Below, one piece after another: positions 1-11,500 of a DNA stretch of 46,115 nt (position 1 is its first letter; the number at the start of each line of letters is the position of its first letter). The stretch comes from Flectonema sp. DT1601 (lineage: Eukaryota), in contig OZ025787.1 in assembly GCA_964019425.1 (NCBI GenBank), positions 1,550,001 to 1,596,115 of the forward strand, in the 5' to 3' direction. The position numbers and the translations under genes are program-made. The notes beneath the pieces were generated by a model. It saw only the letters and a program-made list of their open reading frames with translations, was not told where the DNA came from and searched no databases.

Positions 1-822
1 AGGTCGGACCAAAGCTTGTTGAAAGTCTTTCCTACACCAGGAAGGCAATCAAATTGATTCGCGAGAAGTTAAACAACGAAATCCCTCTAATCGGATTCAC
101 AGGAGCTCCATGGACACTCATGTGCTACATGATTGAAGGTGTTAGTAAAGCGTCGTATGCTGGTGTAAGAAGATGGTTCTATGAGTGCCCACAGGAAGCT
201 AAGAACCTTTTAGGGTTGGTAACAAATGCTTGTATTTCGTTACTTATGATGCAGATCGAATCAGGTGCTCAGATGATTCAATTATTCGAATCACACGGTG
301 GAGAGATAACCCCAGAGTGCTACGCTGACTTTGAGCTTCCATGTCTCAGACTTATCGCTGAGACTTTGAAGAAGCATCACCCGACTGTTCCAGTTATTCT
401 CTTTGGTAGAAACCTTCGTCTTGAGACACTCGAGTTGACGATGTCGAGCACTGCTTTTGATGCTTACTCATTCGATTGCAATACCGATATGACTGCTGCT
501 TGTGAATTAGCTAAGAAGTACAATAAAGTAGTTCAGGGTAACTTTGATCCTTGTATTCTATTCTCACCAATTAGTGAGATCAAAGAAAAGACAACCGCCA
601 TGCTCACAAAGGTTGCTGACGTGATGGGAGTCAATGAACATGGGATTCCAAACCACTACATTGCAAACCTCGGGTGTGTTATTTATTATTTCTTATTGGT
701 AGTGCATCTTAAGAACTAAAATAAAATAAAATAAAATAAACAGTTGGGGAATGCTTCCATCCCACAAGCCTGATGCCCTTCAGGCATTTATTGACAGCGT
801 CCACGCATTCAAGAGAAAATGA
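1..822 (+). CDS. UROD: Uroporphyrinogen decarboxylase, 5'-partial; exons <1..673 and 744..822
   Basis: Motifs PLIGFTGAPWTLMCYMIEG, QIESGAQMIQLFESHGG, VQGNFDP, HYIANLG. The frame is open back to the window start. Removing GT(674)..AG(743) restores the expected C-terminus G-WGMLPSHKPDALQAFIDSVHAFKRK* (TGA 820-822). Confidence 0.93.
674..743 (+). other. 70-bp spliceosomal intron in UROD
   Basis: GTGTGT...ATAAACAG boundaries; splicing rejoins the NLG|xGM motif in frame. Confidence 0.88.
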
Positions 823-1638
823 GTTACACGAAACATAAAGCTTTCCAGACTGTAGTGGTCTTAGCAGTTTGATCTTTTGTTTAATTAGTATTAGTCGCAA
901 AAGAAAGATAAAAAAAAACAGAACTTTTTTTTTTTTTTAAAGTTATTTTTCCGTTTTTTTTTTTTTTTTTTGTGATCTCCTAAGTTAGGTATTAAAAACC
1001 CGATTCGGAGTGAACAGAGAAAAGTCGTTCGCAGTGATTCAGTTTTTCACAAATTACTTTGCAATCCGCCTCCCATAAGGTAATTGCAGAACGTCATATT
1101 AGCCCCTTACTCGTAACACCTGATGGGTGTCGCACTTCCTCTTCATGTTTCTTAACCCTTCCCATTTGATCATATTACGATTACGTTTTCCTTTCAGAGT
1201 TCGCAAAGACTTTTTTTTGCGACTTTCCTGTCGATACGCCAAACGGTCAAAAATCGGCGATTTCCTTTATTTTTTATTGACAACAGGGAAGTGAACAAGG
1301 AAATTACATAAGGTATGCTGGATGTTTTGTTTTTGTTATTTCCATTTGTTAGTAATTCGGAGACGCAATGTGACTCCTTTCTGTCTTCCGTCTGGCGTTT
1401 GTTAACGCACTCAGTGTACCTGACCTCTTATACTAGCAGGTCAGCTGAATAACTCTGCGAGAGCTGATAATTGCTGGGGATCTGTTCGTTACTTTTTTTA
1501 CTTTACAATCAGACGACGTAAACAACACATCCGTTGGTTGAGATGATGAGGGTAATCAGGAGGTCAATTTAATTGTGGTTTATCAACAAGTTAACAACAA
1601 TTACTTCTTCTCAAGGAGGTGCGTCGTGGGGATCAAAT

Positions 1639-4476
1639 ATGAAACGAGTTGCCTTTCGAGATCCTCCAGGAACTATGCTGCCTGGAAGTGGAGGTCTGGT
1701 CAACATGGCGAGATTGCGAACACTACCAGCAGATCAAAAGAAAGAAATGATAAGACGACTACAAGTGAGAAGATATCGGCAGCGACTGGCAGAGATTACG
1801 GTGGCGCAATGGAAGTGGTTCGCACGAAAGGGACTTTCTCGTATTCAAAAAGAGAGGCAGCAGGGTAGGTTAGTAATCGCATCAGCCTGTTATCGGAGGA
1901 GTATTTTATCAAAACTATTCGATGCGATGGTACATTATAAGAATGACCGAATTCAACGACGTGAAGTACACCTCGCACATACTTTCTTCAAGCGTCGATT
2001 CTTTCACAGTTGGAGGAATGAGTTTTCCGCTGCTCGTGCGAGTACCCTCCGAACCTTCTTCACGCAGTTCAAAGTTTTACTTTTCATTCGTCGGCGGCGG
2101 TTGAAGTCCCTCTGTCGAACCTTTCACGCCATCAAAAGCTTTTCTCTTTTACACAAGTCAGCAGTGATATTCTACCAGAGACTCTTACTGCGACGATGGG
2201 CAACTTACACTTCGAATCAGATTGAAGATTTATCGAAGTACTCTTCAGCTGTTTTATTTCAAAAACAGAGACGTGTGTTTCTGAACTGGAGAGCTACCAC
2301 AGCTGCAGCAAAACATTACTCGACAGCTACCCTGAGAAGAGGATTATCAGCTTGGAAAGTTGCATTGGAATTGAAGCATTTTGCAACACTAAGAATGATA
2401 TTCGCACGATGGGCACTCCTACCTGTGGCTGCAACTTTGAGACGGCGAGTTATTCAAAAACTGTTTCTGAATTGGAAGATGTCGTTACTGCGAAATCGAA
2501 CTCAGCGACGTACTCGCAGAAGCTGCTTAACAACATTACGACAATTCACTGTAGTTCGAAAGATAATTAGAGGCAGAGAGCAATCAGTCAGAAGGTTGGT
2601 TTTATATAAACTGACTCGTCAAACTACTGCCTCGCGTATGTGCTGTCGTATAAACCGAACTATGTTAGTAACTCGCTTCCACACGTGGAGACAATTTGTT
2701 GTTAAAAAGACTTCTGAGAGGTCGACACATCTACGACTACACCTGGCAAGGATTCGCCACACAATCCCTCACTCTTTGCGTCGGAAGTCGAGACCCTCAC
2801 CTCGAGGTTTGCCAACGGGACTGGCTTCTGACCAAATCTCAGAACAGTTGTCAAAACCTCCCTCTAGAATACCTCTCAAGCAGATATCAGTACCAGAGCA
2901 ACGAGTGCCCACATTTAAAACGCGGGGTGTAGCTGTCCAGTTGGTGTCGAAAGAAGCTCCTCGTAGAAGTTCAATCAACTCATCGATTCAGTTGATGGCT
3001 TTGAAGTCATCTGATGGAGTTGGGAGCGTCTCAACTCACTCTGTGTCTGAAGATATGTCGTCGGAAGTGGAAGTAAAGACGCGATGTGAATCTGTAGCAG
3101 CTCCCTGTTTAAGAGAGATTGCCACTCAGTGTGATATATCTGCCGCCAAAGATGTTTTGTTGTCAAGTTCGGAATCTGATTCCTTGCGGAATGAAATAGC
3201 AATCCAGTGCAATTCAACTTCCTACCTCCCCACGGATTCACTTCTTAAATCTGAAGACATTACAGAGGTCCCGTCTGCTGAACGTGAGAGCGAAGGCCAG
3301 GCAGCTAACTCATCGAATCAGAAATCAACTCTCACATCTCAGGAAGGTGGAATCCAATTGTTGAGAAGTCTCGTAACAGAACTCATCAGCGAACAGCTCC
3401 CTTCAGGAGGAAGTAGACAAGGTGAGGAAACAAAACAAAAAGGTGTTCAGATTTGGAATAATACGCCAATTGAAAATGTGAATCCACACAATCGATACGC
3501 TAACGGAGTTAGCAAAATAAATTATCCGTCGCGACGTCCATCTTGTGGAGTCACTTCGGCATCTCTGAGACCCGCTGACAGAATTCAACCTGCCATGGCA
3601 GGTGTTGAGCTGCTGCCATCTTCAAGTTGCGGTAGTCGACAGAGTCCGAACTGTTTAATTGACAGTTTCCCGAATTCTCCGACTTCTGATCCCTCAGCTC
3701 ACGTGTTTCTGCAGCCATTGGGGCACCGTTTGACCTCTTTTCAATCACCTTTGAATTCATCATCACATTCCGAAGTAAGAAACCAGCTTACATCAGAAGC
3801 TGTCCCTCACTCACCCGCATTGCAATCTTCAGCAAATATGTTACCTGTTGATGTGCCGACAGTTCCAATGGTTCACTCGTCGGAGTCATCACCAACTGTT
3901 CAAGCCTCCCCTCTGCTGAAGTCATCACTTGAGACTTGTGAACCAACATACGAATCTGTACCAAGTACAAACCATGTTTCTAGTGAGCGTTCTGTGAGGA
4001 GGTATTCACTGGAAGGACCTCCAACTGGGCGATTCAATTCTTCTGAAGGAATAACAAATTGCGGTACGACTGCTAAGAACCCTCTAGAGCAACAGACTGC
4101 TGCTATCGATTTGAAATATAAAATACAAAAAAGTAAGTCATCAGTTGGGTCAAATCGAGAAGAAGAATTGAATTCCGACGACTCATTCTCAAGTCCTGTT
4201 GGTGTTGGTGATGATTTGGAAGTTTGTGACCACTCGGGAAGAGTTGTGAAACCCACCGACTGCGATGAGCACATCGATATTGGAATGGAAATGTTTGCCG
4301 TGGCCTCTGCCTTCGCAGATTCTAAACGACAGCTCCTATCACTGCGTCATAGTAATGATGAGAGAAGTACCTGTGAGAAACAACACGCTGTTCTGAGAAC
4401 ACGACTGCTGCAACTCAGAGAACAGATCAAAGTAACGAATGGCGTCATTCAATCAGCTGACGTACTGTTGAAGTGA
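1639..4476 (+). CDS. Sfi1-repeat-like (putative centrin-binding) protein: basic helical N-half, Ser/Pro-rich disordered middle, C-terminal coiled coil
   Basis: Uninterrupted ORF of ~945 codons from the first ATG (1639). Recurrent (F/L)xxW(R/K) motifs: FFHSWR, LLRRWA, FLNWRA, LSAWKV, FARWAL, FLNWKM, FHTWRQ, resembling the Sfi1 repeat consensus. Start codon and possible upstream exons are uncertain; the coding call is more secure than the family call. Confidence 0.65.
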   Translation: MKRVAFRDPPGTMLPGSGGLVNMARLRTLPADQKKEMIRRLQVRRYRQRLAEITVAQWKWFARKGLSRIQKERQQGRLVIASACYRRSILSKLFDAMVHYKNDRIQRREVHLAHTFFKRRFFHSWRNEFSAARASTLRTFFTQFKVLLFIRRRRLKSLCRTFHAIKSFSLLHKSAVIFYQRLLLRRWATYTSNQIEDLSKYSSAVLFQKQRRVFLNWRATTAAAKHYSTATLRRGLSAWKVALELKHFATLRMIFARWALLPVAATLRRRVIQKLFLNWKMSLLRNRTQRRTRRSCLTTLRQFTVVRKIIRGREQSVRRLVLYKLTRQTTASRMCCRINRTMLVTRFHTWRQFVVKKTSERSTHLRLHLARIRHTIPHSLRRKSRPSPRGLPTGLASDQISEQLSKPPSRIPLKQISVPEQRVPTFKTRGVAVQLVSKEAPRRSSINSSIQLMALKSSDGVGSVSTHSVSEDMSSEVEVKTRCESVAAPCLREIATQCDISAAKDVLLSSSESDSLRNEIAIQCNSTSYLPTDSLLKSEDITEVPSAERESEGQAANSSNQKSTLTSQEGGIQLLRSLVTELISEQLPSGGSRQGEETKQKGVQIWNNTPIENVNPHNRYANGVSKINYPSRRPSCGVTSASLRPADRIQPAMAGVELLPSSSCGSRQSPNCLIDSFPNSPTSDPSAHVFLQPLGHRLTSFQSPLNSSSHSEVRNQLTSEAVPHSPALQSSANMLPVDVPTVPMVHSSESSPTVQASPLLKSSLETCEPTYESVPSTNHVSSERSVRRYSLEGPPTGRFNSSEGITNCGTTAKNPLEQQTAAIDLKYKIQKSKSSVGSNREEELNSDDSFSSPVGVGDDLEVCDHSGRVVKPTDCDEHIDIGMEMFAVASAFADSKRQLLSLRHSNDERSTCEKQHAVLRTRLLQLREQIKVTNGVIQSADVLLK

Positions 4477-4924
4477 ATCGTTTATTACTTCTTATGAATT
4501 TATTCTGTCTTGTCGGATTTTAACTATTGATTTAATGAAAATCAGATAGTCCGATTTTCACGCGTGGGTGGGTTTTTACCGAGCGTGTTTACGCGAAGCG
4601 AGTGGGGTAATGAAACGAGGTAAAAACCCACAAATGAAAATCTGTATCTGATTTTGCATCTAAAACCGTCGTTTTATTTTACGACAGGAGGCTTCGAAGG
4701 GAAAATTTACACACCGGCGGTCTACGGGCGAGGAGTCCATCCTGCATCCTTGGCTGCTTCGGTGCACTCTGCTGCTCCACAGGCAGGGTCTCTCTAATTT
4801 CTTGCCCCAATAATGAGCCCCCGGTGAAAAAATTGTTGAGCTGCCCCACATTCAACTGATATTGGTAAGAAAAATCCTCTCGGAAATCTATCAAAAAAGA
4901 AGAGCACCAATAAACACACATCAA

Positions 4925-4964
4925 CCTGGGGGACCCAGGTTCGATTCCCGGTGGATGCATTTTT
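4925..4964 (+). pseudogene. tRNA-derived 3' half (tRNA-Gly-like) with B box and T5 run; no recognisable 5' half
   Basis: GGAC-CCAGG-TTCGATT-CCCGG-TGGATGC-A-TTTTT: variable loop, T-arm with one mismatch, Gly-type acceptor 3' strand and A discriminator. The upstream ~40 nt do not fold into D/anticodon arms. Confidence 0.65.
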
Positions 4965-5432
4965 CATTGGGATTCAAGTGAGTTAGTTAGTTAGCAAAAT
5001 ACAAACTGATGACTACGAGGTCTGGGTAGCCCGCATCAGTAAGGACCCAATCGCGAAGATTGTAGTTTCATAGTATCGGCTGGAAGTGATCGTCTTCCAG
5101 ATAGAGTAAAATAAAATTACTTTATTTTGCTATCCAAAAGCTACCACCCCTGAAGGTAGTTATTACTGCCGCTGGTGAAACCCACAGTTCCCAACTGTCG
5201 GTATTTGTTTGTTAGAATCATCTTTTCTTTAGAAAGAAATCGAATATCGCTCTTGCGGTAACATAGATATAAGTATCTGTTAGATAATTCAGAGAGAGGT
5301 ACTACTTCGGATTTACTTTTCTTCTTCAGAATTGAAAATGTTTGTAGCTGTTGGTGTGTTGTCAGTTTTATCTTTTAGTTTGGATATTTTACTTTAAATT
5401 CTATCACTTCCTGAAGCTGCCTTCCGCACAAT

Positions 5433-7007
5433 ATGTCGCACCCTCTCTGGGTCGAGAGTGTGTTGGTAGCCCTTGCGAGCATAGTTATCGCAAAAATTCT
5501 TTCTTTGTTGATAAAGTTAGCGATTAAATGGAAACCTCTGGGTGATGGACCGAAGTGCGGTCTATTAGGGCCAAGTTTACCCTTGGGAGACTCTGCTGCA
5601 ACATTGAGCATGACAGAGGATTTAGGGAGAGAATGTGAAAGTGGAGTTGGTACCTACAGATACTTCGGGTACTGCATTGTATTAATTAGTGATTACGAAA
5701 CCTTCAAACTGTACAACAAACACAGATGGGAAGATGGTGTTCAGAGACCAGGATCACTTGTCGCATTAATTGAAAGTTCATCAGGTCCTGACTACTCTCC
5801 ATACTCTGCGAATGAAAAGAATACCTGGAGTTCCTGTAAGGCTGCAGTCGGAGGATTGATGTCTCCAATCAACTGCAATGAAAACTTTCCAGCGATGATG
5901 GACAAGTCGAGTTCTTATTGGAAACGCGTTCTGCGGAAGTTCAAAAGTACCGAAGGAAGCGTTTCAATCTTTGAAGAGCTGCTAGTGTTGGGATCATCTT
6001 TTATGTTTGATTCTACTTTTGGAACCGACTTCGGTCTCTCAACTACAACTAGTGGTGATAACTTTAATCTTGAGTCAGAACCCTTCAACGCCAGAAAGGT
6101 ATTAGAAACAGGTGCGAATAAACCAAACCCAGCCTGGGAGTACACATACCACATGTACTTAGCGTTCATAGACGCAGCAGCACAAGTTGGATCACTTAGG
6201 AGTCAATTTGCGACCATCTTTCCAAAACCAATCCGGAATCTAATTGCGCCATTCTACCTCAGAAAGGCTCTTCACGAAGAGAGGCAAATGGAAATCATTG
6301 AATACGCTCTGAAGAACAGCGTTCCTTCAAAGAAGATCGACGACTGCATCGAACACTTGACCAACGTCGGAACCCAAACATCCTCATCTCATAGTAAATC
6401 TGTCAACTACACCCTCCGCTCTTGGTTGGAAGGCGCATCTGGTGCAGCATGCTTGGCGGTGTGGGCCATCCTGGATCTCGCTAAAAAAAAAAAAGTACAG
6501 GAACGCGCCCGCGCCGAAGTCCGCGAAGCTCTGGAGAAAACAGGAGGAAAGCTCGAGGACGTCGAACTTTCTGATCTAAAGTTTTTGGAGGCTTGTTTTT
6601 TAGAAAGTACTCGACTCAATCCAGCATTTATTATGACGAGAACAGTTGTTGAGAAACCACTCGACCTCCCTCAGGGAACTATTCCAGCCGGTGCAGATGT
6701 TCACGTACTTTGTAGACCACTTCTTGAAAGATGGGGACGAGAGAAAAATATCACTGACTGGGATGAATTCAAACCAGATCGTTGGTTGCTCGATGACAAC
6801 TTTAAAAATAATTTTCCAACAGTACTCTGTGGGTTTGGTCATCGTTCGTGTGTTGGGCGTTACATGGCACCAAAGGCAGTGGTTGCGGCACTGGCTGGAT
6901 TGTTGGAGGCAACTAACTCGTTTGAGCTCGACACCGCCTACCCTCTTAAGGCAACATTGGAATTCCTGTACTACTTACCTGGATTCCCTCGATTGAAAAT
7001 CACATAG
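5433..7007 (+). CDS. Cytochrome P450, N-terminally membrane-anchored, intronless
   Basis: 524-aa ORF; hydrophobic N-terminal anchor; K-helix ExxR (ESTR), PERF-like FKPDRW, heme loop GFGHRSCVG. Confidence 0.93.
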   Translation: MSHPLWVESVLVALASIVIAKILSLLIKLAIKWKPLGDGPKCGLLGPSLPLGDSAATLSMTEDLGRECESGVGTYRYFGYCIVLISDYETFKLYNKHRWEDGVQRPGSLVALIESSSGPDYSPYSANEKNTWSSCKAAVGGLMSPINCNENFPAMMDKSSSYWKRVLRKFKSTEGSVSIFEELLVLGSSFMFDSTFGTDFGLSTTTSGDNFNLESEPFNARKVLETGANKPNPAWEYTYHMYLAFIDAAAQVGSLRSQFATIFPKPIRNLIAPFYLRKALHEERQMEIIEYALKNSVPSKKIDDCIEHLTNVGTQTSSSHSKSVNYTLRSWLEGASGAACLAVWAILDLAKKKKVQERARAEVREALEKTGGKLEDVELSDLKFLEACFLESTRLNPAFIMTRTVVEKPLDLPQGTIPAGADVHVLCRPLLERWGREKNITDWDEFKPDRWLLDDNFKNNFPTVLCGFGHRSCVGRYMAPKAVVAALAGLLEATNSFELDTAYPLKATLEFLYYLPGFPRLKIT

Positions 7008-8467
7008 GACTTTATTTAGAAAACATGTCTGAGATTCTCTCGATGAATGAACCTGCTGTCAGATTAGAATGTTTGCAGTCCGAAAAAGGATGTCTCTCCA
7101 GGTTTTTGAAAAAAAAAAAAAATTATAACAAAATTACGTAAAAAAATTATGGGAAAAAAAAAAAATGTTTGTTATGGAAAGAACGAATCCTTTTTTTTCC
7201 GAACTGAAAAAAAAAAAAATCTTTTTATGATATGGATACGATGGTTTTCTTTATTTACCAACGTTGCCCCACTAACTGTCACTCTCCGCCCACGCCCCTA
7301 GAAAATGAATGAAAGAACAGAAAAAAGAAATATAACATGCACGGAAAGACCACCCTTGGAAGAGAAAGAATAAAAAACAGTAATACCAAAACACACTTAT
7401 GGGTCATCGTGATGATGGCTTTTTTTAAATTATTTATTCTTTTTTTTTTTAGTTTGTTTTATTTTTTCCCCCCGACCCTTCTCTCTTAGCTATGATAATG
7501 GCACGAGGCTGAATGAATGCCGAGTTTGCCCTCCCCTTCTTTTCTTTTACTTTTTGTTACTTGGAACGATAGCGGGAGTTGAGATTACCTGCCCGCTGAG
7601 TTATTCTTTTCAAAATTCTCTTCCTTTTAGTAAGAAACTTCATTTTTTATTTTTTTTACTTAAAAAAAAACTAATTTTTTAAATTAAACGTCAGTTTATG
7701 ATTTCTTTTATTGTCTCTTATTTTATTTATCGCAACTTGGAAACAGGTGGAACGCCGCTTGAGCTCCATCTCAGACGTTAGTTTGAGTAATGCGTTGTCG
7801 GAAGAAGACTTTTTGACATGAGTGGTGCTCTCTTTAGCAAGAAAGGCTATGAGATTGCAGAATGTATTGACTGCTCGAAGATAGTTCCATCGTTACATTT
7901 CTTATTATCAGTGCACTGTTGCATTGTGACCAACTTCTGCGATTGCTTTTGAAAAAACTTCCATTTTCCTTTTTTTTTTCTTTCTTTTTAAAATTTATGT
8001 TTTTTCTTTTTTTTTTTTTTCGTTTAGGCTACGGGAACCTTCAGGTGACCACACTCTGGTTGATAGAATAGCATTGAAGGACAATGTCGGCAATGACTTC
8101 CTTGTTGATTTCTCGCGTGTAATTTTATTTGTGTTGTGGTCAACCAGTGCACTTGGAATAATGCAGTTGTGGATAACTGTAATACGAGGATATATCAACT
8201 CGTGTTGCTTTTTTTTTTTGTTACATTTGTTTTGATTTTAAGAAGAAAAAAAAAACGATCGATTTTTTCTGAAAGCTATTTGACTGGGTTTAAGTAGCTA
8301 TTTGGCTTTAACTGGGTTTTCTGTTTTCTGTTTTTATTTTTTTTTTTATTTCCCTGATTAAAGATTTTTTAAGAAAATCCGTAGAAACTACCTCGCGAAG
8401 CAGACTTTAATACCAGTTGTTTTACCAGCTGATGTGTTAGATATCCAGATATCCAGTAACAAGGAAT

Positions 8468-8504
<37 letters not shown>

Positions 8505-11500
8505 CTTAACTGCTAATTGGTGGTTGAGTACCAGCAAGTCTTGCGACTGGAATGTCAGATACGCAAGAGTTTGTATCGGGAAAAAAAAAAAAAAAAAATT
8601 GTAACTGAGGAACGAATATGTTACTTTTGTAATCTTTGAGTGTATTCTCGGGGGTTGAATTCTAACTTAGAAAAAAGAAACTGAGGCAAATAAAAACCTC
8701 AACACGATTGTTATATAAAAAAATAAAAAAAATTATTGTTTTTTGTTTGTTCATTCTTACTGTTTTTATTTTCCGTTTTTTTCTTTTTTTTTTGTGGAAA
8801 CGCACCGCAACCTCGGAAGCTTCCAAATTGTAGCGAAAAAAAAAACAAAATATATTTCTCGTTTTCTTTTCTTGATATTTTTGAATTTCTTCCTTAAACG
8901 AATCACGATATATTTTTTTTTTTATCTGCTGTATCATAGCAAGTTCGATTACCTCTGAAGGCGAAGCTGGCGTACTTGGCAATCTGTCCTCTACCGCCAT
9001 GCGAAACTGGTACTCGGAGTGCATCACGAATATAATAATAAACACACTTGCCGCAAGCACCCGCTGTTGACCTTCTCAAGTTAAACTAGCATCCCGTGAA
9101 TTTCTAATTCTGTGTAGCCCTATATTCGATGTGTTGTGGGTTCGAGACTGGGGGGTATCCTTTTTTTTTTTTTTTTTTTTTTTGTGTTTTGATTTTTCGA
9201 ATCTTGAATCGAAGTAGTACTCAAACAAAAAAAGAAATATATAAAGAAGTGAGACTTAACTTATCCAGGTTGGGATCCTCCAGAAGAAGAAACAAACTAG
9301 GGAGAGCTTTAAGAAATAGGTTCTCGGGATGCTACGTTTAAATTTTGAGTTTCTTTTCTATCTTTCTGACAGTCGGAAAGTGCCCTCTGCGCCTATCGCA
9401 AATGTTTTGGGAGATTTGGATTTTGGCAGTCAATGGAACGTCCTCAAACATTTTGTGTTTTTCCTTCCCTCGTGTGTAGGACCCAGACTGTGGTGATTGT
9501 TAGAAATAATATAAAAAAAAATGAAATAAAAAAAATTCAAAAGCTTTCCCATAACATGTCACATAGTACGTTTTTTTTTATTTTTTTAAATTAATGAATT
9601 TTTTTTTTCATTCTTGTAGAAGAAATAACACTGATAATCGATTTCCCCCTTTTTGTTATTGACCTTTTGGCCGTTTTTGTGGCCGGCCTGCCTTTTTCCA
9701 TTCCTGCCTTGTGCAACGTACTAGCCTAATTTCTTCTCAAAAAAAAAAAAAAAAAAAAAAAATTAAAATTAATGAAAATTAATAATATCAATAAATATTA
9801 ATATTATCCTTAATATAGAAATAAACGGCTGTGGTTTTATTTGCCCTGTAAGGGTATGCAAGTATCGACAAGGTTATTCTTACGTTACACTTTTTAATTC
9901 CCAACCTCTCGAGCTGATATATAATAACGTATCGTGAATTCAACATCGAAGTGTTTTGATGCTTCCCATCCCTGCCTTTTGTACGTCTTTTTCAATTTTC
10001 ATCAAAACTTAGTTTTCTTTTTTTTTTTTTTCAAAATTTCTTTTAACTCTCACAGTTCAATCGTTTGCTTTGTTTGATTGCGATCGCTTTGCCATTTGTC
10101 AGTGAGTTATTTATCTAATCGGTCGTGTTAGCACACAAAAAAAAAAAAAAAAAGCTTTTGCCTGTTTCCTAAGGCATTCGGCAGGTTTACATGACCCTAC
10201 TCTTCCTTCCTGTTTGCTTTTAGTTTGACCCTGCGGGGCATGATATCTATATGCGAATGATGTTTTGCTCGTGTTCTCTCTCCTGATGATTACCCAACAG
10301 ATTAGCCTGTCCGTCGGTTTTGTTCTCATATGCAGTTCTCTGTGATGGGTGTTTTTCTTATTCCCGTCTTTTTATTCACGACTTGCTTTTCTCAGAGAGA
10401 ACACTATACTTAGCCGATAGCAGTGAGTGTGTTTGCGATTCGCAGTCTATTGGAACACGTGACGCACACAATAACCTACTTGAAAAACACCTCTTCAGGA
10501 ATGGATAATCAAAGTGAAACACTTCATTTGTTTCATTCTTTATTTTCCATTTTATGCTTTTCTTTTGGGTTTCTTTCGCTTTGCTTTTCATGGTCACTAA
10601 AAGAATGGAATATGATGACAAGGGTTTCTTGCGAACACGAACTCAAAGACCTCGAAGCTTGACCTTCCCTTGGGACTGATTCCCAAAAAAGAAAAAAACA
10701 CTGACATAGTAAATGCCTTTTAAACATATTATTGAAAAGGTTGTTTATTGTGTTGTCAATCACGCGCTTTTTTTTTTTTTTTTTTTGTAAATGTTGGAAA
10801 AAAAAACCAATATTCTAGAATATTTTCTCTTTTTCGAAATTGAGTTGTCGAAGTGAACCAAAGATCTTATAATGAAAAGGGAAAGAAAAAAAAAAAAAAG
10901 TAAATCGAATAACAGTTATGAGTCTACTTGGGATAACATAAAGTTTTCTCCCAAAGTAACCTAAGTAATTGTCCTTGATCAACAAAACGCATGCATAATG
11001 GTATTTCTTTTTTTGTTGTTTACCACATGCTGCGAAACATACACGAGAAATTAGCTCATTGCAGACAAAAAAACATCCCACCAACCTTGAGGAAACATCT
11101 GCTATTTTTTGAGTAAGAAATTTTGAGAAGCAAAAAAAAAAAAAAAAAAAAGAATACAAATTCAAAAAATAATGTTTAAATAGAGTTTTGTGTTATAGAG
11201 AGATGGCAAGTTGTTGTTATGTTACAGTCGTACGGAAGCTAACACTGTGCTACCCCAACTGCTATTGCGTGATCAGTTCAGAATTCGAGATCACTCCGTG
11301 CGGATATCGGAAGGTGTTTGTTAAAACCGAAAAAAGAAAAGAAGAAAAAGAAATTCTTTCCTCAATTATTTTATTGCTCCGCTTTCCCCTCTTCTGAAAT
11401 GTTGATCGGGATAGTGACACACAATATTTCCTTTATAGTGTTCTTGTGTCTGCACTACTAACCTGCACTGCACGCTCAAAGATTATTATTACTATTTGCT

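Noticed and set aside
674..719. ORF-track C-terminus of UROD (CVIYYFLLVVHLKN)
   Set aside because: Read-through into the intron; the spliced form restores the conserved end.
4618..4636. AAACCCACAAA as a possible telomerase RNA template
   Set aside because: Mismatches the dominant repeat unit and is buried in a 13-bp stem.
4745..4825. Short matches on the minus strand to SRP RNA (GAAGCAGCCAAGG) and RNase MRP CR-V (GGGGCTCATT)
   Set aside because: Required partner motifs (GNRA-capped helix 8; GARAGUCCCC CR-I) are absent; likely chance.
1..7007. UROD and P450 as a functional heme gene cluster
   Set aside because: Separated by an unrelated gene; adjacency alone is not evidence in a eukaryotic co-directional array.
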